A stretch of 64,000 nucleotides of DNA from assembly GCA_015058985.1 (NCBI GenBank), contig SVBH01000001.1, forward strand, positions 195,354 to 259,353, in the 5' to 3' direction. This document shows, piece after piece, positions 19,398-28,544 of this stretch; positions within the stretch are counted from its first letter, which is position 1, and each line of letters opens with the position of its first letter. The DNA is from Erysipelotrichaceae bacterium (GTDB taxonomy: Bacteria; Bacillota_I; Bacilli_A; RFN20; DUOF01). The translations under genes were made by a program, and so were the position numbers. The notes beneath the pieces were generated by a model. That model was not told the DNA's origin. It ran no database searches and saw only the letters and a list, made by a program, of their open reading frames with translations.

Positions 19398-21335
19398 TTA
19401 ATTTTCAGTATTTTCTACTTTATCTTTTTTTGATTTTCTTCCTTTTGAAGGAACCTTTGGCATTTTGCCTTCTTCTACAATAGCTTTTATTTCTTCCCTT
19501 GTTAATGTTTCTTTTTCAAGCAAAGCATTAGCTATAAGAATTAAAGTATCTTTATTTTCTTCTATTGTTTTTCTAGCAAGTTCATAACATCCATCAATAA
19601 TATCTCTAACTTCCTTATCAATTTCATAAGCAACTTGTCCAGAGAAGTTTTTAGCAGTATTAGCATAATCCCTTCCTAAGAAAACACTACCAGTATTTGT
19701 TTCATATTGAACTGGTCCTAACTTAGACATACCAAGTTCAGTAACCATGATTCTTGCAATTCTTGTTGCAGCTTGAATATCAGATTGAGCACCTGTAGTA
19801 ACATCTTTGAAGAATATTTCTTCAGAAACTCTACCTGCTAAATAACTAGTAATTTGAGCTAATAATTGACTCTTTGTTTGCAAAGTTTGATCATCCTCAG
19901 GAGTCATTAGAACATATCCACCTGCATCCCCTCTTGGAATAATTGTAACTTTTTGAACAACATTAGCATCCTTAACCTTCATACCAATTAAAGCATGTCC
20001 AGATTCGTGATATGCAACCAATTTCTTTTCTTTTTCAGTAATAATTCTACTTTTCTTAGCAGGTCCACTCATGACTCTATCAATTGCTTCATCTAAGTCT
20101 TCCATATCAATTTCAGATTTATTTGCTCTTACTGCTAAAATTGCAGCTTCATTTAAAACGTTTTCTAATTCTGCTCCACTAAAACCAGGAGTTCTTCTTG
20201 CAATATTTTCAAAATTAACCTCACTTGCTAATTTTTTATTTCTAGCATGAACATTTAAAATTGCTTCTCTACCTTTTCTATCAGGTAAAGGTATTGTAAT
20301 TTGTCTATCAAATCTTCCTGCTCTTAAAAGCGCAGGGTCTAAAACGTCAGGTCTATTAGTAGCAGCAATAACTAGGATACCACTATTTTCTTCAAAACCA
20401 TCCATCTCAACTAATAATTGGTTTAAAGTTTGCTCTCTTTCGTCATGCCCACCACCAAAACCGGCACCTCTTTGACGACCAACAGCATCAATTTCATCTA
20501 TAAAGATAATACAAGGAGCAGTAGCTTTAGCTCTTGCAAACATATCTCTTACTCTACTAGCACCAACTCCAACAAACATTTCTACAAAATCAGAACCAGA
20601 AATAGAGTAGAAAGGAACGCCTGCTTCACCAGCAATTGCCTTCGCAAGTAATGTTTTACCTGTTCCAGGAGGACCTTTAAGAATAGCACCTTTTGGAATT
20701 CTTGCACCCATCGCTCCAAACTTCTTAGGTTTTTTCAAATATTCTACAAGTTCTTCCATTTCTTCTTTTTCTTCATCACATCCTGCAACATCACAGAATC
20801 TAACTTTTGGAGCTTCTTCAAGTCTAGCTTTACTCTTTCCAAAATCAAATGAGGACTTAGCAGAACCTCCACCTCCACCTGCGCTTGAACTAACTTTAGA
20901 TAACATAAAGCCACCTACGATAAGTAATAACACAGTAGGCCCAACAAATAATAAGATATTCCACCAAATATCTCCTTTATTTGGATCTACTACTTCTTCT
21001 CTTAATCCTTCAATTGCATCAATCGCAGCATTAAGTCTTGTTTCACGCTCATCACCTATGTTATAGGAAACTGAATATGAGTAGTCTTCGCCTTCAATTT
21101 CTACTGTTCCATAAATTTTTTCACTTATTCCTTCAACAATAGGTTTTCTTTTAATAGACTTAAATTCAATCTTATCATCAGTAGGATCACTTTCTAACGC
21201 AATAATCAATTCACTAATTGTGTATTTCTTTTTGTTTTCTTTTTTACCATTTGAATAAACAAGTCCCATTATAAACAAAATAATTAAAATCCATGGTAAT
21301 AGAAACCCAAACGTACTTCTTTTCTTTTCTTGCAC
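19398..21335 (-). CDS. ftsH: ATP-dependent zinc metalloprotease FtsH
   Basis: Two TM segments, an AAA module ([13 protein letters not shown]) and an HEXXH motif (HESGHA). Confidence 0.95.
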   Translation of the reverse strand: MQEKKRSTFGFLLPWILIILFIMGLVYSNGKKENKKKYTISELIIALESDPTDDKIEFKSIKRKPIVEGISEKIYGTVEIEGEDYSYSVSYNIGDERETRLNAAIDAIEGLREEVVDPNKGDIWWNILLFVGPTVLLLIVGGFMLSKVSSSAGGGGGSAKSSFDFGKSKARLEEAPKVRFCDVAGCDEEKEEMEELVEYLKKPKKFGAMGARIPKGAILKGPPGTGKTLLAKAIAGEAGVPFYSISGSDFVEMFVGVGASRVRDMFARAKATAPCIIFIDEIDAVGRQRGAGFGGGHDEREQTLNQLLVEMDGFEENSGILVIAATNRPDVLDPALLRAGRFDRQITIPLPDRKGREAILNVHARNKKLASEVNFENIARRTPGFSGAELENVLNEAAILAVRANKSEIDMEDLDEAIDRVMSGPAKKSRIITEKEKKLVAYHESGHALIGMKVKDANVVQKVTIIPRGDAGGYVLMTPEDDQTLQTKSQLLAQITSYLAGRVSEEIFFKDVTTGAQSDIQAATRIARIMVTELGMSKLGPVQYETNTGSVFLGRDYANTAKNFSGQVAYEIDKEVRDIIDGCYELARKTIEENKDTLILIANALLEKETLTREEIKAIVEEGKMPKVPSKGRKSKKDKVENTEN

Positions 21336-21346
21336 TTTTATCCCTC

Positions 21347-22609
21347 CTAATCATTTACCTTTTCATAGATATAAATTTCACTATCGAAATCTTCTCTACT
21401 CTTTGAATAATTATAATGCTTTGTAAGGCCACAGACAAGCAAAATTAAACCTTTTGAATTAATTACTATTGGCCATTTTTTTCTTTTAGTCCATCCTATT
21501 TTATGATCAATAAAAACTCTACTAATCTTTTTCTTTCCATCCTTCAGTTCAATATAATCATCTTCATAATAAGGCCTTATTGTTAAAGGGAAATCTTCTT
21601 TATTCAATTTTAGCTGGTGTTTTCCATCTCCTACTTTCAAAATAGTAAAAAACTGACTATCAAATTCTCTCGGCCTATTAATAGTATAATAGTAATAATC
21701 AGGATCACTATTTGGACTAACATACAAATTTCCATATTCTTTAACTAAACATCTTTCTTTATCCAAAGGAATAATAAGATTAGATTTATCACTTTTAACC
21801 TGTCTTATTATGTCTTTTATAGCCTTCATACTATAAGCTTTTTTATTCACTAATTTAAACAAAACACATTCTATTATATTTTCGTCCTCTTCAAACAATT
21901 CAAAAGAAATATTATTTCCATCAATATATTTTTTATATAGTTCATCCACTAAAGAAAATTTCTTCTCCAATTTAATATTTTCCTTAATTATTTTATCCTT
22001 TAATTGGTACTTTTCATCATTAGACATTTTATCCAAAATCCTATGTCTTATCCTATTTCTTAAAAAATCATCAGATAAATTTGAACAATCAATACTATAG
22101 TAAACTTTATTTTCCATGCAATATTTCAATAAATCACTTTTTAAAACATTAATACATGGTCTTATGACTCTCATATCATCAATGTATGTCTCTTGAGCAA
22201 TACCATAAAATCTAGTTTGTGTTCTTCTCTCTTTTTGAATGTAGTACGTTTCCAAATGATCATCTAAATTATGAGCAATCAATAAAGCTTTTGCATTGTA
22301 TTTAATATACAAATCTTTAAAAAATTTAAACCGATACTCCCTAGCCCAATTCTGAAAATTTCCAACCACTTTTTCATCAACAGTTTTAGTTTCAAAAATT
22401 AAATTATGTTTTTTACAAAATAAACGAACATTTTCTTGTTCAATATCGCTTTCTTCTCTTTTTTTATAATTAACTAAAGCTACTACCAGACGATATTTTT
22501 CATTCTTAAAAAGATCTAACATTGCCATAGAATCTGGACCTCCAGATATTGCTAAAACAACATAAGATTTTTCATTAAATTCAGGACGAAAAATTTCCAT
22601 ATACATCAC
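21347..22609 (-). CDS. tilS: tRNA(Ile)-lysidine synthetase
   Basis: PP-loop SGGPDS. Its position between spoIIE-like and ftsH matches B. subtilis. Confidence 0.8.
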   Translation of the reverse strand: MMYMEIFRPEFNEKSYVVLAISGGPDSMAMLDLFKNEKYRLVVALVNYKKREESDIEQENVRLFCKKHNLIFETKTVDEKVVGNFQNWAREYRFKFFKDLYIKYNAKALLIAHNLDDHLETYYIQKERRTQTRFYGIAQETYIDDMRVIRPCINVLKSDLLKYCMENKVYYSIDCSNLSDDFLRNRIRHRILDKMSNDEKYQLKDKIIKENIKLEKKFSLVDELYKKYIDGNNISFELFEEDENIIECVLFKLVNKKAYSMKAIKDIIRQVKSDKSNLIIPLDKERCLVKEYGNLYVSPNSDPDYYYYTINRPREFDSQFFTILKVGDGKHQLKLNKEDFPLTIRPYYEDDYIELKDGKKKISRVFIDHKIGWTKRKKWPIVINSKGLILLVCGLTKHYNYSKSREDFDSEIYIYEKVND

Positions 22610-22624
22610 CGCAAAAAGATTATA

Positions 22625-23683
22625 TCACAAATCTTCTCTTTTTTCATTAAACTTAATAAGAATTATACTAAAATCATCTTTTACTTTATTTTGTGTTTTA
22701 ACAGAAATTTTTTCTATCCATTTTATCAAATTATTTTCATTCTTTTGCTTTCCTAATTCATCTACAAAATTAGGATAAGATAACATTACTCCATCAGAAC
22801 AAAGAAGTAATATATCATTTGGTTCAACCAATCTTTTTTCAATTCTAAAAGAATCATCATCTATTCCCATAGGCAAATTATATCTATTAATATTTTCAAC
22901 AAAACCATCCTTAATTAAAAAACTATTTTCCGCGCCTCTTTTATAAAATTCAATTACATCATCCTTACATTTAACAGCATCTAAACTTGCATAAACATCC
23001 TCATCAATCATCAATAATTCATTAGTCATTTCAATAGCATTTTTAATACCATAACCTCTTTTAATAAAATTTTTTATTTTAGATACAATCATTTTACTAA
23101 TTCTGTGTGCTTTCTCACCTTGTCCCATCCCATCTGATAAAATCATGTACTTGCAACCATCAAACTCAAATGTATCAAAAAAATCTCCATTTGCACCTTT
23201 TTCTGCACTTAATTGAATAGAAACTACTTCAAGAAAAAAATCGTTAGCCCTAGAATAAGCAACAAAAGATTCATATATCCAATCAAAAACCAAAACAAAT
23301 GCAGTTGAAAAGAAAGCGTAAGACAAACCTAATAAAACATTAGGACTCTGTAATCTATATAACAAACTACAGACAAAGAAAGTTGCAATTATATAATTAA
23401 ATTTCTCATCATCAATAAAAAACATAATCAACCGATAAATTATTAAATAGAAGAAAAAACACAATGAAAGTAAAATGATATTCAGCCAATTAGTAAACAA
23501 ACAAAAAAAATAGATTAAAGATGTATTAAATATTAATGTTGTCAAATTACATCTAGTTCCTATAATAAACAACGGAATCATAAGTAACCATTGCTTATAA
23601 AAAACACTGCAAAACACAAAAGAAAAAAGTATCAAACTCACATTTAATACTTTATAACTTTTAATATTTTTGTCTTCTTTCAT
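22625..23683 (-). CDS. Mini SpoIIE-like membrane PP2C phosphatase
   Basis: N-terminal polytopic membrane region plus a C-terminal PP2C domain (DGMGQG...CSDGV). At 352 aa it is far shorter than the 827-aa B. subtilis SpoIIE. Confidence 0.6.
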   Translation of the reverse strand: MKEDKNIKSYKVLNVSLILFSFVFCSVFYKQWLLMIPLFIIGTRCNLTTLIFNTSLIYFFCLFTNWLNIILLSLCFFFYLIIYRLIMFFIDDEKFNYIIATFFVCSLLYRLQSPNVLLGLSYAFFSTAFVLVFDWIYESFVAYSRANDFFLEVVSIQLSAEKGANGDFFDTFEFDGCKYMILSDGMGQGEKAHRISKMIVSKIKNFIKRGYGIKNAIEMTNELLMIDEDVYASLDAVKCKDDVIEFYKRGAENSFLIKDGFVENINRYNLPMGIDDDSFRIEKRLVEPNDILLLCSDGVMLSYPNFVDELGKQKNENNLIKWIEKISVKTQNKVKDDFSIILIKFNEKREDL

Positions 23684-23734
23684 ATTCTCACCATAATAAG
23701 TGTATCATTATCAAACGATGAAATATGTCGATTT

Positions 23735-24022
23735 TTAATTACATTTATAAAAAGAATTAGAGGAAGGGTCATAACAATATCCTCTATCTTGGATAATCAC
23801 TTTAGCATCATGATCTTCTATCAATGAATGATACATTTCATATTCTGCTAATAATTCTTGCTTTTGTTTTAACAAATCCTTATTCTCTTGTCTAGCTTTT
23901 AAGTATCCTAATCCTTGGTTAAAACTATAAACAAAGCCTAAAGAAGCAAGACATAAGATAATGATAGAACTAACTCTTTGGGAAGTCCAATTGCTTCTTT
24001 TTGTTCTTTCTACATTTGCCAT
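23735..24022 (-). CDS. divIC: Septum formation initiator DivIC/FtsB-like
   Basis: Single TM segment, a coiled coil and a C-terminal VIIQDRGY motif. The likely start is the Met at 24022, with RBS AGAGGTGG. The ORF track extends to 24103. Confidence 0.6.
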   Translation of the reverse strand: MANVERTKRSNWTSQRVSSIIILCLASLGFVYSFNQGLGYLKARQENKDLLKQKQELLAEYEMYHSLIEDHDAKVIIQDRGYCYDPSSNSFYKCN

Positions 24023-24383
24023 TGCCCCACCTCTTTCTGATTTTTGTAATTTGATTATATATGCTGTTATTAATTTTTTCAATTTTTTTACTAAGTTTTT
24101 CAAAATATTTATTTATATAATCAAAATAAAACAAAAAGTAGATTAAAACTCCTAAACCTACAAAAGAAGGAATATAAAAAGTCATATATGCATCAGTAGT
24201 TTTAAGCAACAAAAAAAACAAACCCGCAGATATCAAAATCATCATTATTATCATCTCTAACAATTTAAAAATAAAATGATGTTTCTTTATTATTGCATTA
24301 AAAAAATTCCAAAGAAAACTTCCAAATAAACCAATAAAAAAGGAAATAACTATTATTTGAAATTGTTCTATTAAAGTTATCAT
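23970..24383 (-). CDS. yabQ: YabQ-like spore cortex biosynthesis membrane protein
   Basis: Small polytopic membrane protein in the yabP-yabQ-divIC order. Confidence 0.55.
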   Translation of the reverse strand: MITLIEQFQIIVISFFIGLFGSFLWNFFNAIIKKHHFIFKLLEMIIMMILISAGLFFLLLKTTDAYMTFYIPSFVGLGVLIYFLFYFDYINKYFEKLSKKIEKINNSIYNQITKIRKRWGNGKCRKNKKKQLDFPKS

Positions 24384-24652
24384 TTAAAAACTTTTTTAAT
24401 AAAACTTTCCTTATTGCCTTTTTTATGATTCAAATACATCAAAGAATTAATATTGCCCTTAATAACAGTTTCACCAGTATTATTATCTAATTTTCCTAAA
24501 GCTAAATCGCTACCTTTAACTTTCAAAAAACCTAATGAAGTATCAATTAAAAATTCTTCACTATCAAATCGATTAATCTTATTTACTCCTGAAATAGTTA
24601 AAATCTTTCTAGAATCTAAAAAAACTTTTCCTTGTTCCAAACATATCACCAA
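24380..24652 (-). CDS. yabP: Sporulation protein YabP
   Basis: YabP-like sequence (ILTISGVNKINRFDSEEF...KVKGSDL), in the correct synteny. Confidence 0.7.
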   Translation of the reverse strand: MVICLEQGKVFLDSRKILTISGVNKINRFDSEEFLIDTSLGFLKVKGSDLALGKLDNNTGETVIKGNINSLMYLNHKKGNKESFIKKVFK

Positions 24653-24677
24653 TTAATTTTATGAAAGTAAAAATAAA

Positions 24678-24917
24678 TTATGCTTCGATATTTTCAAACA
24701 TACTATTTTTAAAAAAATCTTTGTTATCAACACTAGTAACCCTACCTTTAATTTTTTTACTTCCAAAAGTTATTTCAATAACATCATTAATTTTAACTTC
24801 TGTATTAGGTTTAGCGACCTTGCCATTAACAATCACAAGCCCTGCATCTGCTAAATCTTTTGCAACAGTTCGTCTTTTTATAACCATAGAAACCTTTAAA
24901 TATTTATCTAATCTCAT
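24678..24917 (-). CDS. rqcP: S4-domain Hsp15-like RNA-binding protein YabO/RqcP
   Basis: [26 protein letters not shown] closely resembles B. subtilis YabO (RqcP). Confidence 0.85.
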   Translation of the reverse strand: MRLDKYLKVSMVIKRRTVAKDLADAGLVIVNGKVAKPNTEVKINDVIEITFGSKKIKGRVTSVDNKDFFKNSMFENIEA

Positions 24918-25030
24918 ACCTATAACCTCATAAAAATTATAATATTTAAAAATTCTTTCAACAAGATATTTATTAATATTAGAAAAGCAACGTTATACGT
25001 GCTATATTATTGATACTTGGAGGTGCCAAG

Positions 25031-26005
25031 ATGAATAAAAAAATTATTACTGTAAAACAAGATATTTCTGATTTAGTAGTTAATTCTTTTAGTGATAAAC
25101 TTTCTGGATCTGATATTAGAAGATTTCAATACTATAAGTGGAGTGGAGAAGAAACACCAACAGGAATAATCGTTTTTTCACATGGACTTATTGAATATGG
25201 AAAAGTTTATGAAGAAGTTGCAAAATCATTTATAAAAGCTGGTTTTGTTGTTTATGCAATAGATCACATTGGTCACGGAGGAACTGTCAAATCTCCAAAA
25301 GCCGTAGCCAACTGGGAAGAAAAATCATTTACAAAATGTTCTTATAACCTTCATGTTTTAATAAATAAAGCACAAACAGATTACCCTAATCTACCTGTTT
25401 TTGTTATAGGAAACGATGTAGGATATTTAATCGCATTCAAAATGTTATCAAAATTTGACACTAATATTGCTGGGCTTGTTTGTTCAGGTGTTCATGGAAG
25501 TATTGATTCATTAAGATGGTTAAGATTTAGAGCTAGAGTAGAAAGGATACTCCATTTCAATGAAAAAAAATCCAAACATATGGCTAACATTATTAATAGA
25601 AAATATAACAGATGGAATATCTTTGGTTATAATCAATATGACTGGATAACTTCTGATGAAAGTATTATTGAAAAATTACAAAAAGACAAAAAATGCAATT
25701 TCGTTTATACTGTTGACTTTTATTTTTTCTACTTCAAAGCAATTTTAAAATTTTATAGAAAAAAGAAACTAAAAATCATCAAAGATAAAAAAATCCCTAT
25801 TTTAGTAGTAGGAGGAACTGCGGATGCAGTTAACAAATTTGGTAAAGGAGTTCTTGCATATAGTTCTTATTTAAAATCTTATGGATTTAAAAATGTTAAG
25901 AAACAAATATATGAAGGATCAAGACACTATCTTTTCCTAGATAGTTCTAAATACCATTTGATAAATGATATAATTAATTGGACAAATGATGTTGTGAATA
26001 AATAG
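25031..26005 (+). CDS. Alpha/beta hydrolase (lysophospholipase/monoacylglycerol lipase-like)
   Basis: HG oxyanion motif (FSHGLIEYG) and a GxSxG-like nucleophile elbow (GNDVG). RBS GGAGGTG lies 5 nt before the ATG at 25031. Confidence 0.7.
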   Translation: MNKKIITVKQDISDLVVNSFSDKLSGSDIRRFQYYKWSGEETPTGIIVFSHGLIEYGKVYEEVAKSFIKAGFVVYAIDHIGHGGTVKSPKAVANWEEKSFTKCSYNLHVLINKAQTDYPNLPVFVIGNDVGYLIAFKMLSKFDTNIAGLVCSGVHGSIDSLRWLRFRARVERILHFNEKKSKHMANIINRKYNRWNIFGYNQYDWITSDESIIEKLQKDKKCNFVYTVDFYFFYFKAILKFYRKKKLKIIKDKKIPILVVGGTADAVNKFGKGVLAYSSYLKSYGFKNVKKQIYEGSRHYLFLDSSKYHLINDIINWTNDVVNK

Positions 26006-26081
26006 TTCTCAACATCTTTTTTAATATAAATAGATTTTAACTTATCTCTATTCTATAATGTCCTCACTGGAGGATAAGATG

Positions 26082-26330
26082 ATGGCTAAATATAATGATT
26101 ATCTATTGGCTTATGAAGCTGTAGAAAAAAAAGTAGAATCTGCAATTCAATCTCAAACATGTGATGCAGAATTATTAGAGGCTCTAAACAAAATTTTAAA
26201 AGGGCTAAAAGAAAATTTTGATACAATCTACGCTGATGAAGAAATTATACATGAGACTCTTGTAGAAAAAATCAAAAAACAAATCGCTGCTTTAGAAAAT
26301 TACAAATCAGTAGAAAACGTTAAAAGATAA
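26082..26330 (+). CDS. Small helical protein of unknown function (82 aa)
   Basis: RBS GGAGGA lies 7 nt upstream of the ATG at 26082, and a bidirectional terminator follows. No recognisable motif. Confidence 0.35.
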   Translation: MAKYNDYLLAYEAVEKKVESAIQSQTCDAELLEALNKILKGLKENFDTIYADEEIIHETLVEKIKKQIAALENYKSVENVKR

Positions 26331-26368
26331 TAAAAAAGTAAGTTAATTAATCAACTTACTTTTTTTGA
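26331..26368. terminator. Bidirectional intrinsic terminator
   Basis: Stem agtaagtt/aacttact with loop aattaatc, flanked by an A-run and a T-run. It contains the stop codon of the 403-aa gene. Confidence 0.6.
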
Positions 26369-27567
26369 TTTTCATGCCAAATATTACAAGCAAAAGCTTT
26401 TTCATAAAAACATTTTACTCTTTTATTTTTTTCTTTATATTTTCCTTTTTTTATTTTAGCTTTTAAATATTCTAGTTTTATATAATCATTTTCAAATTTC
26501 AAACTTTCTTTTTTAGCTACATAAATAAATTTATCTTCATCAATTTCTTGTTTTTTCTTTATTAAATGGAACAAATAATCTTTTCTATCTATATTTTTTA
26601 AAACTACTTTGTAATATAAATGAGGTTTACCTACTTCATAAATATCTTGACCACAACCTAAAAACTCTATTTCAATCTCATTTTGTTTTAATAAATTTGG
26701 ATCTATACTCAATCTTGATACTAATGCCTCTAAGATGCAATCTTTCATTAAATATTCATTCGTTATAAGTTCATTGTCATTTGGTATATTTAATCTTGTT
26801 GCAATACTAGAAGTTATTTTATTTTTAGAAATAGTAGAATTCCCTTTTCTTCTAGGAAGCAAAATTTCTCCATCTTTCAAATATACTAACGCAATAACTC
26901 CTAAATGATTGGACATAACAGAATTTTCTGGAGAACTAATATTAGTTCCATATTCATAATAATCCCTCAAACTAATCCCAGATTCTAATTTGTAATCAGC
27001 CGCTCTATTGGTAATTAAATGATTAAAATAAGTGCTTCTAGATAAGTTAAGGGTAAATTCTTTTTTTGCTGTTTGTTGACATCGATCTAATCTAACAGTT
27101 TGCATATTTTTTATTGTACTATATTGGTGAGCTTTAAGAAGATAATGAAAATTATCCATGATGAAATCTTCAGGTTGATATATTTTATCTTTGTTATCTA
27201 TTACTTTTATATTGTAATTATCGTTTACAATTAAATCATTATACAAAACCATCGTTTCTGTACCATTTAATTTAACTACTTTTTTACACTTTTCATCAGT
27301 ATATATTTTTATAAGTTTTTCTGTATCATTACTAACTTTAATAGAATCTTCTAGTTTCATTGATAAAACTTTAAAGATACCTAATGTTAAATGTGAAATG
27401 ATAAATCCAAAAAAGATACTCAATAAATTATTAATAGTATCAGAAGTAAACATTCCAAATAGGAATAAGAAAAACATACAGATACCAATATTTAATAAAT
27501 ATTTAGAAATTTTATTCGAACTAATAAAATTAATTATTGAAATAATAAACTTTCTGATTTTTTTCAT
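26356..27567 (-). CDS. Membrane-anchored protein of unknown function (2 N-terminal TM helices plus ~330-aa soluble domain)
   Basis: Two hydrophobic helices in the first 70 aa and no recognisable catalytic motif. It overlaps the upstream oxidoreductase gene by 38 nt, suggesting translational coupling. Confidence 0.5.
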   Translation of the reverse strand: MKKIRKFIISIINFISSNKISKYLLNIGICMFFLFLFGMFTSDTINNLLSIFFGFIISHLTLGIFKVLSMKLEDSIKVSNDTEKLIKIYTDEKCKKVVKLNGTETMVLYNDLIVNDNYNIKVIDNKDKIYQPEDFIMDNFHYLLKAHQYSTIKNMQTVRLDRCQQTAKKEFTLNLSRSTYFNHLITNRAADYKLESGISLRDYYEYGTNISSPENSVMSNHLGVIALVYLKDGEILLPRRKGNSTISKNKITSSIATRLNIPNDNELITNEYLMKDCILEALVSRLSIDPNLLKQNEIEIEFLGCGQDIYEVGKPHLYYKVVLKNIDRKDYLFHLIKKKQEIDEDKFIYVAKKESLKFENDYIKLEYLKAKIKKGKYKEKNKRVKCFYEKAFACNIWHENQKK

Positions 27568-28465
27568 AAATATCCCTCACTCTCAATAAAATCTCATGGA
27601 CTTTTCTACTTGCTTCCAAATCAATATTCTCATTAAACTTTACAAAATAATTCCTATAATGCGTTTTTAATCTTTCGATTTTAGAACAACATTTTTCATG
27701 ATTATCACAAATTATCTTTTGCATAGTATGATTTAAAATTACTTTTTTATCTATAAAATCAACTTCTGTTGTTTTTTGATTTATTCTATTTCTCCAATCA
27801 ATCTCAATATCAACTATAACATCGTCTATTGTTAGTTTTATATCACTAGCAATAGGAATTTTTGAATTTTCACATAACACATTGCTAACCTTTAAAATTT
27901 TATATTCTTTAAAAGGTAAAAACATTTTTAATAAACTAAGAATATTAATTCCACTATCAATCCAAGAACCACCTAATCCTACTCTATCTGCAATTGCTGT
28001 ACGTCCATCCTCGCTATAAGGATCATTAGAAATTATTTTTATTCTTTTAATTTTGCTTAAATCATAATCAGCTATAAATTGTTTAACTTCTGCTCCATTT
28101 TGCCAATGATACATAACTTCAAAAATAAGAGACTTGCTCTTTGCTAATTCTACAAGTTCATTCCATTCTTTCAAATCAAGAACTCCGGGTTTTTCTACAA
28201 TTACATTAACACCTTCATTTAAACATTTTTTTATTATTTCATAATGAGTTTGTGGAGGAGTTGCTATTATTACATAATCTAATTTTTCTTTTCTAATCAT
28301 TTCAATATAGTCATAGTAAAAATTACCCTTGTGGTCTTTGATTTTTTCTTTTGTTTTTTCATCAATATCAGCAAATGCTTTTAATTCTAATAATTTAGAA
28401 TATTTTAAACCATATATAATATATTTGGATATTACACCCAATCCAATTAAACCTGTCTTTTTCAT
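27530..28465 (-). CDS. Gfo/Idh/MocA-family NAD(P)-dependent oxidoreductase
   Basis: Rossmann GLIGLGVISK and an EKP motif (VIVEKPGV). The likely start is MKKTGLIGLG at 28465; the ORF track extends to 28531. Confidence 0.7.
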   Translation of the reverse strand: MKKTGLIGLGVISKYIIYGLKYSKLLELKAFADIDEKTKEKIKDHKGNFYYDYIEMIRKEKLDYVIIATPPQTHYEIIKKCLNEGVNVIVEKPGVLDLKEWNELVELAKSKSLIFEVMYHWQNGAEVKQFIADYDLSKIKRIKIISNDPYSEDGRTAIADRVGLGGSWIDSGINILSLLKMFLPFKEYKILKVSNVLCENSKIPIASDIKLTIDDVIVDIEIDWRNRINQKTTEVDFIDKKVILNHTMQKIICDNHEKCCSKIERLKTHYRNYFVKFNENIDLEASRKVHEILLRVRDIYEKNQKVYYFNN

Positions 28466-28544
28466 ACTACAAATATAGCAAAACATATCTACAAAGTCAA
28501 ACTCAACAAACAACATAAAAAAGTGATTCATAAAATCACTTTTT

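Noticed and set aside
24661-24933. 90-aa plus-strand ORF overlapping yabO/rqcP
   Set aside because: It is antisense to a highly conserved S4-domain gene, so it is spurious.
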